From a virus (Duplodnaviria; Heunggongvirae; Uroviricota; Caudoviricetes), in the IMG/VR virus record IMGVR_UViG_2579779007_000009, positions 1 through 32,407 of that record: a stretch of DNA of 32,407 nucleotides. One strand, 5' to 3'. Below the pieces are notes generated by a model. The model did not search any database and was not told where the DNA came from. It was given only the letters and a program-made list of their open reading frames with translations. The translations under genes were made by a program, and so were the position numbers. Shown piece by piece: positions 1 to 8,813 of the stretch. Positions within the stretch are counted from its first letter, which is position 1; the number at the start of each line of letters is the position of its first letter.

Positions 1-996
1 TTATGGACGCATTATGGACATTCCTGACACCGGGTTAAGAGTCACAGCATCTTGTAAGAAATCCGGTGCAAAGTGTGCGTAGGTCATAGTTTGCTGAATG
101 TTAGAATGACCCAGGATGCGCTGCAATGTGATTATGTTACCTCCATTCATTATAAAATGTGTGGCAAATGTATGCCTCAAAACATGCACTGCCTGTCCGT
201 CAGGTAAATCGGGTTTTACTTCCCTGAGAGCGTTGCGCACTTTGTAGTAACTGGCATTAAAAAGCCTGCCTGAGTTTTTGGTCTTGATCCGTTTAATCAG
301 GTCCTGCGAAACGGGAATTGTCCTGCGCTTTCCGTTTTTAGTTTTCATAAACGTAACCATCTGGTTAATGATGTGTTCAGCTTTTAAATTAGACACTTCA
401 CTCCAGCGTCCACCAGTAGAAAGGCAGACCAGAGTCGCATTTAATTCATCACCATCGAGCATGGATAACAGCCGTGTAATCTCTTCACTGGACAAAAAAG
501 CCATTTCTGTAACAGCTTCACGTAATCGCTTAACCTCACGGAACGGGTTGTGAGAATGGTATTCACCGGCGTCAATTAACTTGGTGAACATCCCGCTCAT
601 TATTGCCAGATGCCGATTTACGCTGGCTGGTTTTAGACCATCGTTCATCATTACAACGCGATAATCAGTTATCGTTTTCTTTGTTAGCTGGTCAGCTCTG
701 GACACTCCCATTTCTGCAAATTTGGCGATTATTGTCGTCAAACGCCCCCGTTCAATATCTCCACGCTCATGTGATTTTCCGTGATATATCCACCATCTGC
801 CTAACAACTCTGTAAGAGTTCGGCGGTCGGCTGGCTTCTCCAGCCACTCTTTGTTGTGGTAGTTAACCAGTACATGACGTTCGAATGCTTGAGCTTCACC
901 TTTAGTTTTAAATTTCCGCCTGATACGTTTTCCATCTGCACCCTGCGGTCTGACGTCCACTTCATAACGACCATCATCGAGCTTTTTAATAGACAT
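1..996 (-). CDS. int: Tyrosine-type site-specific integrase (P2 Int-like), 331 aa
   Basis: Full ORF with stop at 1-3; C-terminal catalytic region with HVLRHTFATH and LGHSNIQQTMTYAHF (R/H/Y catalytic residues); position next to repressor C as in P2. Confidence 0.92.
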   Translation of the reverse strand: MSIKKLDDGRYEVDVRPQGADGKRIRRKFKTKGEAQAFERHVLVNYHNKEWLEKPADRRTLTELLGRWWIYHGKSHERGDIERGRLTTIIAKFAEMGVSRADQLTKKTITDYRVVMMNDGLKPASVNRHLAIMSGMFTKLIDAGEYHSHNPFREVKRLREAVTEMAFLSSEEITRLLSMLDGDELNATLVCLSTGGRWSEVSNLKAEHIINQMVTFMKTKNGKRRTIPVSQDLIKRIKTKNSGRLFNASYYKVRNALREVKPDLPDGQAVHVLRHTFATHFIMNGGNIITLQRILGHSNIQQTMTYAHFAPDFLQDAVTLNPVSGMSIMRP

Positions 997-1089
997 AAAG
1001 CCCTCCGATGACGCTGTTTACTTCTACTACTTGAAAATTAATGCAATTTTCTTTCGTACATTTACTGCACACATATGCTGAATAAATCG

Positions 1090-1401
1090 TCAGCCAGTCT
1101 TTTGGTCTGAGTGGTGCAAGGTTGTTGAGTCTTGCCCAATGTGCGCGAGCGCCGGGGCTATTTGTCCGCCAGCGGGATCAGTTTCATCAAACATGAACCA
1201 GTCACGGTACTTGCGAAATCTTTCTGGCTTGAAAAATTTCATGCCTGCGTCAAAAGACATCTTTACTTTTCCCTGCTCATATCCAGCATAGGTGTTGTAG
1301 TTAATTCCAGTTAATTCAGCAACTTGCTTCCTTGTCATTCTTTCTGACTCCCGAATAAGTGCGAGTTTCTCTGCTTGAGATGTGATTTGTGTATTTGACA
1401 T
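1090..1401 (-). CDS. C: Immunity repressor C (HTH, XRE-type), 103 aa
   Basis: ORF 1090..1449 trimmed to internal Met (MSNTQ...) by codon arithmetic; HTH-like RKQVAELTGINYNTYAGYEQG; divergent from cox as in the P2 switch. Confidence 0.8.
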   Translation of the reverse strand: MSNTQITSQAEKLALIRESERMTRKQVAELTGINYNTYAGYEQGKVKMSFDAGMKFFKPERFRKYRDWFMFDETDPAGGQIAPALAHIGQDSTTLHHSDQKTG

Positions 1402-1505
1402 GAATTGTCGTATCTCGTAATTTATGTTGCATGCGACACGCCAGAACAACGCAGAGCGGCTTCAAATAGCTCTGGTTGAATGGCACCAAAGTTGAGGATA
1501 TCAAA
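1402..1505. promoter_or_regulatory. Divergent immunity switch region (expected Pc/Pe promoters and C/Cox operators)
   Basis: Roughly 100 bp between divergently transcribed C and cox; assigned by synteny with the P2 lysis-lysogeny switch; individual sites not resolved. Confidence 0.5.
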
Positions 1506-1862
1506 ATGAGTATTGGATCAGAAATGAATAACGATGTTGGAGAAAAAGTATCTGATCTCACAAAAAGTAAAAAATGTGACATCAAACTTGCAGCCGCACC
1601 GTCGGATTTGCTCTCGAAAGAGGGATTTGCTCTTTACATCGGTAAGACGCCTCGTGCAGTTGCTGAAATGGCGAAAGCAGGCAAGTTACCAGCCTTTTAT
1701 ATGACGGACCCATTAAAGCCGGGCGGTCATGCTGAGTTATGGATTAATCGCCGTGAGTGGGACAAGTACGCAGCCCAACTAGTTGATGAAGCTCCGACAG
1801 AATGGCATGACTGGAAAAATCGCATTAGTTACAGCAAATCAAGACATGGCCGTGCGGCTTAA
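1506..1862 (+). CDS. cox: Cox-like excisionase / early-operon regulator, 118 aa with N-terminal extension relative to P2 Cox
   Basis: Region LYIGKTPRAVAEMAKAGKLPAFYMTDP recalls the P2 Cox HTH segment; start chosen at ATG 1506 preceded by GAGGA; start is uncertain (1476 and 1524 are alternatives). Confidence 0.65.
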   Translation: MSIGSEMNNDVGEKVSDLTKSKKCDIKLAAAPSDLLSKEGFALYIGKTPRAVAEMAKAGKLPAFYMTDPLKPGGHAELWINRREWDKYAAQLVDEAPTEWHDWKNRISYSKSRHGRAA

Positions 1863-1872
1863 GGTGGAAAGG

Positions 1873-2043
1873 ATGAACGAGCCTCGTTGTATTGCTCAGT
1901 TATTGCGTAACGAAAGCCCCAAGGCGATTGACTTCACCATCACCCACGGTAAGGGGCGTAAGGGAATCATTATCCGCACCAAAAAACAGAGTCCGTTAAA
2001 AAAGGCTCTGACCTTTCTGAAAAGCCGGAGGGTATGGAAATGA
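1873..2043 (+). CDS. Small early hypothetical protein (position of P2 orf78), 56 aa
   Basis: ATG 1873 preceded by GGTGGA; in frame with ORF 1783..2043; a longer 78-aa form starting at 1807 and overlapping cox is possible. Confidence 0.4.
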   Translation: MNEPRCIAQLLRNESPKAIDFTITHGKGRKGIIIRTKKQSPLKKALTFLKSRRVWK

Positions 2044-2540
2044 CAGTGATGACGCTCAATCTCGTTGAAAAACAGCCAGCAGCTATGCGCCGGATAATTG
2101 GTAAGCATCTTGCCGTTCCTCGCTGGCAGGATACATGTGATTATTATAATCAGATGATGGAGCGCGAACGGTTAACGGTTTGCTTCCATGCTCAGTTAAA
2201 ACAGCGTCACGCAACGATGTGTTTTGAAGAAATGAACGACGTCGAACGTGAACGACTGGTATGTGCAATTGATGAATTGCGTGGTGCATTCTCAAAACGC
2301 CGTCAGGTTGGCGCAAGTGAGTATGCATATATTAGTTTTTTAACAGTCAGTCAGCGTCGTACTTTATTTATGCATGCCGGATTGACTGAAAAAGAATTCA
2401 ACCAGCCATACTGGCGAATTAATGAAGAGTCATGTTACTGGCGTGATGCTTTATTCCGTGCATTACGTGAATTATTCAGTCTGTTTGAGTATGCACCGAC
2501 AATTCTGACGTCGGTAAAACCAGAGCAATATCTGCATTAA
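2040..2540 (+). CDS. B: Replication protein B (DnaB-helicase loading), 166 aa
   Basis: Translation MTVMTLNL...AVPRWQDTCDYYNQMMERERL matches recalled P2 gpB; GGAGGG 7 nt upstream of ATG 2040. Confidence 0.85.
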   Translation: MTVMTLNLVEKQPAAMRRIIGKHLAVPRWQDTCDYYNQMMERERLTVCFHAQLKQRHATMCFEEMNDVERERLVCAIDELRGAFSKRRQVGASEYAYISFLTVSQRRTLFMHAGLTEKEFNQPYWRINEESCYWRDALFRALRELFSLFEYAPTILTSVKPEQYLH

Positions 2541-2603
2541 GTAATTAACCAGAGTTTTTAACGCACTTAATTGTGCGGGGCTTCTTTTTGCCTGGAGAAA
2601 GTC

Positions 2604-2828
2604 ATGCATACAGTTTCTGAAAATCAGTGCGGTAAATACGCATTACTGCTGCAACAGGCCAGAACCGAAGCACAGGCCGACGCAGCGACGCGCTTTTCTT
2701 CTCATCTTGACGCCATGATTCGCCACATCACAAAGGCGGAGTTATCCCGCGTGGAGATAGTCGAGCTGCTCAGTCAGGAGTCGGAAAAATTTCACAATAT
2801 CGGATTGTCTCGCGGGGAGGTGCTTTGA
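2604..2828 (+). CDS. Small early hypothetical protein (position of P2 orf80), 74 aa
   Basis: ATG 2604 preceded by GGAGAAAG; the listed ORF begins at a TTG at 2571 with no ribosome-binding site. Confidence 0.6.
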   Translation: MHTVSENQCGKYALLLQQARTEAQADAATRFSSHLDAMIRHITKAELSRVEIVELLSQESEKFHNIGLSRGEVL

Positions 2829-3130
2829 TGTCCTGTTCTCGTTCAGTTGTATTACTGAATAACGCCTTAAAAATCGCCGTTATGAAAAATGGCGATTTAT
2901 CTCTTATTCAACTTGGTCTTGATAAAGAAAAACGCGAAATAACTGAGTCTGTTATCGCGATTTATCAGAACGAATTAAATCTCCTGTCTGATGTGGTCAA
3001 TTTACTTGTTAAACGCGCTGTATTTCACAAGAAAATCTCCTCCGTGGATGAACTGACAAAATTAACGACAGAAATTGCCAGCTATTGCGCTGATGAATTT
3101 AAAAAACTTAACGACAAAAGGAGCTGGTAA
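2828..3130 (+). CDS. Small early hypothetical protein (position of P2 orf81), 100 aa
   Basis: ATG 2828 overlaps the upstream stop (TGATG); GGGGAGG upstream. Confidence 0.6.
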   Translation: MSCSRSVVLLNNALKIAVMKNGDLSLIQLGLDKEKREITESVIAIYQNELNLLSDVVNLLVKRAVFHKKISSVDELTKLTTEIASYCADEFKKLNDKRSW

Positions 3131-3354
3131 TGCCGGACAACGTAGATTTTATTCAGGAACAACAGGCTGAATTACTGGAGCGTCAGATTAACGCGGCAAG
3201 GGTAAAACATTGCGGTGCTTCTGCGCTGGTTTGCGAAGAGTGTGACGCGCCAATACCTGCTGCCCGTCGTGCGGCTTATCCGTCAGCCACGCGTTGTGTT
3301 TCCTGTCAGTCAGTCTTTGAAGCAAAAAACAAACATTACCGGAGAACGGCATGA
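3130..3354 (+). CDS. TraR/DksA-family C4 zinc-finger protein (position of P2 orf82), 74 aa
   Basis: Two Cys pairs, CEEC and CVSC, in the C-terminal half of a short protein; AGGAG upstream; start overlaps the upstream stop (TAATG). Confidence 0.7.
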   Translation: MPDNVDFIQEQQAELLERQINAARVKHCGASALVCEECDAPIPAARRAAYPSATRCVSCQSVFEAKNKHYRRTA

Positions 3355-3626
3355 GTATTCGTATTGAAATTGGCGAACGTTATGTCGTTACCAGTGACAG
3401 CTTTCAGTTTATTCTCCACGAGAAAAAGAGAGCGGAAAGCGGTAAAAACGCCGGTCAGGAATGGCTGGCGGTGGTTGGTTATTACCCGAAATTAAGCCAG
3501 CTCGTTTCCGGCCTGATGCATCACGATATTCTGACCGGAAGCGCAAAATCTTTTGCTGATTTAAACGCGCAGGTTGAGCAACTCAGCAAGCGTTGTTCAG
3601 AGGCTTTTGGCTCACATGGACGTTAA
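3351..3626 (+). CDS. Small early hypothetical protein (position of P2 orf83), 91 aa
   Basis: ATG 3351 overlaps the upstream stop (ATGA); GGAGAA upstream. Confidence 0.6.
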   Translation: MSIRIEIGERYVVTSDSFQFILHEKKRAESGKNAGQEWLAVVGYYPKLSQLVSGLMHHDILTGSAKSFADLNAQVEQLSKRCSEAFGSHGR

Positions 3627-5904
3627 AGCCTCCGGGCGTTTTGTCCCTCCGTCAGCATTTGCCGCAGGCACCGGTAAGACGTTTACCGGTGCTTATGCAT
3701 GGAACGCGCCACGCGAGGCCGTCGGGCGCGAAAGACCCCTTACACGTGACGAGATGCGTCAGGTGCAAGGTGTTTTATCCACGATTAACCGCCTGCCTTA
3801 CTTTTTGCGTTCGCTGTTTACTTCACGCTATGACTACATCCGGCGCAATAAAAGCCCGGTGCACGGGTTTTATTTCCTCACATCCACTTTTCAGCGTCGT
3901 TTATGGCCGCGCATTGAGCGCGTGAATCAGCGCCATGAAATGAACACCGACGCGTCGTTGCTGTTTCTGGCAGAGCGTGACCACTATGCGCGCCTGCCTG
4001 GAATGAATGACAAGGAGCTGAAAAAGTTTGCCGCCCGTATCTCATCGCAGCTTTTCATGATGTATGAGGAACTCTGCGATGCATGGGTTGATGCGCATGG
4101 TGAAAAAGAATCGCTGTTTACGGATGAGGCGCAGGCTCACCTGTATGGTCATGTTGCTGGCGCTGCACGTGCTTTCAATATTTCCCCGCTCTACTGGAAA
4201 AAATACAGTAAAGGACAGATGACCACGAGGCAGGCATATTCTGCCATTGCCCGTCTGTTTAACGATGAGTGGTGGATTAGTCAGCTTAAAGGCCAGCGTA
4301 TGCGCTGGCATGAGGCGTTACTGATTGCTGTCGGGGAGGTCAATAAAGACCGTTCTCCTTATGCCAGTAAACATGCCATTCGTGATGTGCGTGCGCGCCG
4401 CCAGGCAAATCTGGAATTTCTTAAATCGTGTGACCTTGAAAACAGGGAAACCGGCGAGCGCATCGACCTTATCAGTAAGGTGATGGGCAGTATTTCTAAT
4501 CCAGAAATTCGCCGGATGGAGCTGATGAACACCATTGCCGGTATTGAGCGTTACGCCGCCGCAGAGGGTGATTTGGGGATGTTTATCACGCTGACCGCGC
4601 CGTCAAAGTATCACCCGACACGTCAGGTCGGAAAAGGCGAAAGTAAAACCGTTCAGCTTAATCACGGCTGGAACGATGAGGCATTTAATCCAAAGGATGC
4701 GCAGCGTTATCTCTGCCGTATCTGGAGCCTGATGCGCACGGCATTCAAGGATAATGATTTACAGGTCTACGGTTTGCGTGTCGTCGAGCCACACCACGAC
4801 GGAACGCCGCACTGGCATATGATGCTTTTTTGTCATCCACGCCAGCGTAACCAGATTATCGAAATCATGCGTCGCTATGCGCTCAAAGAGGATGGCGACG
4901 AAAGAGGAGCCGCGCGAAACCGTTTTCAGGCAAAACACCTTAACCGGGGCGGTGCTGCGGGGTATATCGCGAAATACATCTCAAAAAATATCGACGGCTA
5001 TGCACTGGATGGGCAGCTCGATAACGATACCGGCAGACCGCTGAAAGATACTGCCGCGGCTGTTACCGCATGGGCGTCAACGTGGCGCATTCCGCAATTT
5101 AAAACGGTTGGCCTGCCGACAATGGGGGCTTACCGTGAACTACGCAAATTGCCTCGCGGCGTCAGCATTGCTGATGAGTTTGACGAGCGCGTCGAGGCTG
5201 CACGCGCCGCCGCAGACAGTGGTGATTTTGCGCTGTATATCAGCGCGCAGGGTGGGGCAAATGTCCCGCGCGATTGCCAGACTGTCAGGGTTGCCCGTAG
5301 CCCGTCGGATGACGTTAACGAGTACGAGGAAGAAGTCGAGAGAGTGGTCGGCATTTACGCGCCGCATCTCGGCGCGCGTCATATTCATATCACCAGAACG
5401 ACGGACTGGCGCATTGTTCCGAAAGTGCCGGTCGTTGAGCCTTTGACTTTAAAAAGCGGCATCGCCGCGCCTCGGAGTCCTGTCAATAACTGTGGAAAGC
5501 CTGCCAGCAGTGATACTTCGTTACTGGCTCCCACGCCTTCTGAACACGCCGCAGCAGTGCTTAATCTGGTAGATGACGGTGTTATCGAATGGAATGACCC
5601 GGAGGTCGTGAGGGCGCTAAGGGGCGCATTAAAACACGACCTGAGAACGCCAAATCGTCAGCAAAGAAACGGAAGCCCGTTAAAACCGCATGAGATAGCG
5701 CCATCGGCCAGACTGACTAGGTCGGAACGAATGCAAATTACCCGTATCCGCGTTGACCTCGCTCAGAACGGTATCAGGCCGCAGCGATGGGAGCTTGAGG
5801 CGCTGGCGCGTGGCGCGACGGTAAAGTTTGACGGACGAAAGTTTATATATCCAATAAGTGGTGAGTGGAAGCAGTTTTTTAGTGGCTTTGATCTTTTTAA
5901 GTAA
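3616..5904 (+). CDS. A: Replication initiation protein A (rolling-circle nicking endonuclease), 762 aa
   Basis: Long ORF trimmed to Met at 3616 (MDVKASGRFVPPSAFAAGTGK...); contains VVEPHHDGTPHWHMMLF and YIAKYISKNIDGY, recalled from P2 gpA. Confidence 0.92.
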   Translation: MDVKASGRFVPPSAFAAGTGKTFTGAYAWNAPREAVGRERPLTRDEMRQVQGVLSTINRLPYFLRSLFTSRYDYIRRNKSPVHGFYFLTSTFQRRLWPRIERVNQRHEMNTDASLLFLAERDHYARLPGMNDKELKKFAARISSQLFMMYEELCDAWVDAHGEKESLFTDEAQAHLYGHVAGAARAFNISPLYWKKYSKGQMTTRQAYSAIARLFNDEWWISQLKGQRMRWHEALLIAVGEVNKDRSPYASKHAIRDVRARRQANLEFLKSCDLENRETGERIDLISKVMGSISNPEIRRMELMNTIAGIERYAAAEGDLGMFITLTAPSKYHPTRQVGKGESKTVQLNHGWNDEAFNPKDAQRYLCRIWSLMRTAFKDNDLQVYGLRVVEPHHDGTPHWHMMLFCHPRQRNQIIEIMRRYALKEDGDERGAARNRFQAKHLNRGGAAGYIAKYISKNIDGYALDGQLDNDTGRPLKDTAAAVTAWASTWRIPQFKTVGLPTMGAYRELRKLPRGVSIADEFDERVEAARAAADSGDFALYISAQGGANVPRDCQTVRVARSPSDDVNEYEEEVERVVGIYAPHLGARHIHITRTTDWRIVPKVPVVEPLTLKSGIAAPRSPVNNCGKPASSDTSLLAPTPSEHAAAVLNLVDDGVIEWNDPEVVRALRGALKHDLRTPNRQQRNGSPLKPHEIAPSARLTRSERMQITRIRVDLAQNGIRPQRWELEALARGATVKFDGRKFIYPISGEWKQFFSGFDLFK

Positions 5905-6131
5905 TTGTCTTAGAATACCCACGTTACCGCTTGGGAAATCTACCTAGCAATGCTCTTAGTATTAGCTTTATACAAAGGGTATAAAGGCTGCCATTGGCAA
6001 CAATGGTGCCAGCATGGAGATAATCTCATGTTAAGGTTAGTGAATGTACGACAGTACAACCGCTACCGCTTTGGGCGCTGGGAGACGGTGCGTAAGCACC
6101 GTCGTTCTTACCCGAATCGGTAATATGCGGC

Positions 6132-8339
6132 CTAAGCGGTAACATTTACCTCTTCTTCACCCATCATTGTTAAGTAATGTTTCTCATCACCAGTCATTCT
6201 GAATATTTTGTGCAAGAGTTCTAAGTATTTCTCAGGTTCAATATCGCCCATATCTGTTATGTTTATTGCGTCGGAGTGAGAGCCTCTGTTTATATATCTG
6301 TAAAAGGCACGGAAATGGCTGTTATTTTCATCATTTGTTAATTCAGTAAGCTTTGCCTCTAATGCGTCAGTTCTATGAACAAATGCAAAGTAATACTCAA
6401 GTATATTTCTCATAATATTGGGGATTATTATTTTGTTGATTTTTTTCTCTTTTGCATCTTTTAATACTTGCCAAAGGGATTGGTATTCATTTTGCACACT
6501 TTTTTTATCTATAGCACTAATGGTGCTAAATTCATTTTTGTTTATTCTGCCAAGAAAGTAGTCACGTTTAAAATTTATTCCTTTTTTAGAGGCGAGTTTT
6601 ATTAACTCATGGAAGAAATAAAGATTATGGGTGAGGATTATTATTTTTGATGAAATGCCTTTTTCAATTATGTCATGATGGATCATGGATGCTATGTCGA
6701 AAACATAGTTTTGAGATAAACTTGATATAGGATCATCTATAACTATGAGTTTATCACGCATATCAGTATCATTTTCATTTGTTTTACCCTTGCAACATTC
6801 TAAAAAATATAGAAACGTTATTAATGTTTTTTCACCTTCGCTTAATGAGCGATATACATCTTGTTTTCTATTGTTTCCATCGCGGGATATTATATACTTA
6901 TCTTTGAGTTCGGCGTGTTTATCAATGCTAAAACCAGAGATGCCAAGAAATTTAAGTCGTGAGTTTATTGCATCTATTGTTGCATCTACACTTGATGTTT
7001 TATTTCTTAGTTCATTGATTTCATTTGTGTTGATCTCTTCTTTTCTTTTTATTTCCTGCATGAAGGATGCAGCGTTTTCATATTTTTCTTGAAAGTTTCT
7101 TTCGCAGTCTGATAGTATTTCAAATTCCGCGCCACATAAGTCTCTGATTGCTGCCCACATCTTTTCGCGAATATCTATTTCGCTATTATTAAATCTTTTT
7201 ACTTTGTCATTGAACTCGTTAATTTTATTGTTGTATTGTTCTATATCTTCTAATAGTTTTTCCTCTATCGACTTTTCAAACTCCAGCACAATGCTTATAG
7301 ATGGATTCTCTATTTTATTATCCAATAGTTTAATGTTTTTTTCTGCAATAGTTTCTAATGCCTTAACATATGAAAGACTTTTATCTTTTTCGTCTTGGTT
7401 TATCACCTCACATGATAAAATGTTACTCTTTATTTCTTCATGATGATTTTTAATGGCATTATCATAAGATAGTTTTATTTGTTGTATTTGATCTACTTTT
7501 CTTGAGTATGTTTCATCAAAGATAGATTCAATGGCTTTAATAAAATTATCATCTATTGTGTCCCTTTGGCAAAATGGACAAATTTCTCCATTTAAATATA
7601 GCTCTTTGCCTTGTTTAATCCAATCAATATTTTGTAGCTCTTTTATTGCTTCAGATAAATAGCTGTTGCTAGAGTCAATAATTGGTGTGGATAATGTTTT
7701 TTGAGTTTCTTCAGATAAAACATATCCTTTATAAGGAGTTATCAGAGGTATTTCTTTTCCTTTAAACTCGAGAAGTTTGCTATAAGATTGTATTAATGAT
7801 TTTATATCAATATCAGTTTGTGGAGTATACTTTTTTAGATGGTAATAGAAAGTGGCTTTGCTTCCTATTTGACCTTTCATTAATTGTTTTAATTCTGAAC
7901 TTCTTATGTCTTTGGTCTTATTCCATATGGAATTTATGCATTCTTGCTCTTTTTTGTTTTTCGCTTCATGGAGTTTTTCGATAAATTCTTTTTTTTCTTT
8001 ATGCTGATGTGCTAGTGATTTGTTTAGCTCTTCTTTTTCAGATAGTATTTTTTCAATTTCTGCATTTTTTTGACTGAGGGTAAATATACCTTTTTGCTCT
8101 TTTGCATTATAAAAATTATCTTCTATATATTTTGAGTTGTAGACTAGGGTTCGATAATTATCGATGGGTTCGCATACACATTCCTTATAGGCGGTGTCTT
8201 TAGGATTGTAAAAATAATTTGATATGGTAGATTTTCCACAACCATTTTGTCCATACAATATGTTTATTTTTTTGGATAAATCTAACTCAGTAAAATATTC
8301 TTTATGATAGCTTGTTACGTTTTTGAGTTTTAATTTCAT
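6132..8339 (-). CDS. Cargo ABC/AAA_13-type ATPase with CxxC motif, RloC/PrrC-like candidate abortive-infection protein, 735 aa
   Basis: Walker A GQNGCGKST near the N-terminus; long charged/heptad-like insert containing CPFC; LSEGEK signature-like motif; Walker B LIVIDDP; LTHN; C-terminal RNILE plus downstream His; strongly AT-rich; AGAGGG ribosome-binding site. Confidence 0.7.
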   Translation of the reverse strand: MKLKLKNVTSYHKEYFTELDLSKKINILYGQNGCGKSTISNYFYNPKDTAYKECVCEPIDNYRTLVYNSKYIEDNFYNAKEQKGIFTLSQKNAEIEKILSEKEELNKSLAHQHKEKKEFIEKLHEAKNKKEQECINSIWNKTKDIRSSELKQLMKGQIGSKATFYYHLKKYTPQTDIDIKSLIQSYSKLLEFKGKEIPLITPYKGYVLSEETQKTLSTPIIDSSNSYLSEAIKELQNIDWIKQGKELYLNGEICPFCQRDTIDDNFIKAIESIFDETYSRKVDQIQQIKLSYDNAIKNHHEEIKSNILSCEVINQDEKDKSLSYVKALETIAEKNIKLLDNKIENPSISIVLEFEKSIEEKLLEDIEQYNNKINEFNDKVKRFNNSEIDIREKMWAAIRDLCGAEFEILSDCERNFQEKYENAASFMQEIKRKEEINTNEINELRNKTSSVDATIDAINSRLKFLGISGFSIDKHAELKDKYIISRDGNNRKQDVYRSLSEGEKTLITFLYFLECCKGKTNENDTDMRDKLIVIDDPISSLSQNYVFDIASMIHHDIIEKGISSKIIILTHNLYFFHELIKLASKKGINFKRDYFLGRINKNEFSTISAIDKKSVQNEYQSLWQVLKDAKEKKINKIIIPNIMRNILEYYFAFVHRTDALEAKLTELTNDENNSHFRAFYRYINRGSHSDAINITDMGDIEPEKYLELLHKIFRMTGDEKHYLTMMGEEEVNVTA

Positions 8340-8625
8340 TTTATCCCTCTTTTTATTCTTTTTATATTTAGCCTTAAGTGTTCGAGGTTGCCTTCCTCAA
8401 CGATAGAGATCTAACCTAACTTTTTGATTTATTCAAGAGAATTTAGTGAGTTATATGTAAAGATGTGGATGCTTAGCTATGTGGTTGGGGGTTATTTCAG
8501 TATGAATTCATTTGATGCATCATTTTGCATGTACCTGTTAGGCATTTTCTAACTTTGCAGTGTCAGAACTGGCGTACTTTAGGCCATTCATGCAAGTGCA
8601 TTAAAACCGCCCCGTGAAGCGGGCG

Positions 8626-8644
8626 GGCGAGGCGGGGAAAGCAC
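8626..8644. other. cos cohesive-end site (19 nt, GGCGAGGCGGGGAAAGCAC)
   Basis: Exact match to the recalled P2 cohesive-end sequence, located upstream of Q where the P2 genome termini lie; coordinates hand-counted, possibly off by 1. Confidence 0.75.
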
Positions 8645-8786
8645 TGCGCGCTGGCGGTGGTGCTGATTTTATTTTTTCAGCGTCTGAGCGCGTCGTGATG
8701 GCGTTTAGATTGTTCGCCGGGGCGTTGGTGTGTCTGCGGGTTGTTTTGTGCGGTGGTGAGTGTGTGAGGGCGTGATGACGTGCTGT

Positions 8787-8808
8787 AAAAAAGCCGCCCG
8801 CAGGCGGC
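8787..8808 (-). terminator. Intrinsic terminator downstream of Q (minus strand)
   Basis: GC stem GCCGCC/GGCGGC with 4-nt loop followed by a run of six U on the minus strand, just past the Q stop. Confidence 0.65.
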
Positions 8809-8813
8809 GATGT

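Noticed and set aside
2562-2590. Short hairpin (CGCAC/GTGCG) followed by a T-run after gene B, as a possible terminator
   Set aside because: Stem only 5 bp with a 4-nt GC spacer before the T-run; it lies inside an operon that clearly continues, so at most a weak attenuator.
1476-2603. Upstream alternative starts (ATG 1476 for cox, TTG 2571 and TTG 2825 for the small early ORFs)
   Set aside because: No ribosome-binding site in front of these codons, whereas the downstream ATGs have good Shine-Dalgarno sequences and give sizes consistent with the P2 proteins.
3593-3925. 110-aa ORF in an alternate frame at the start of gene A
   Set aside because: Overlaps the conserved N-terminus of replication protein A in a different frame; its translation is Arg/Cys/Leu-rich with no support.
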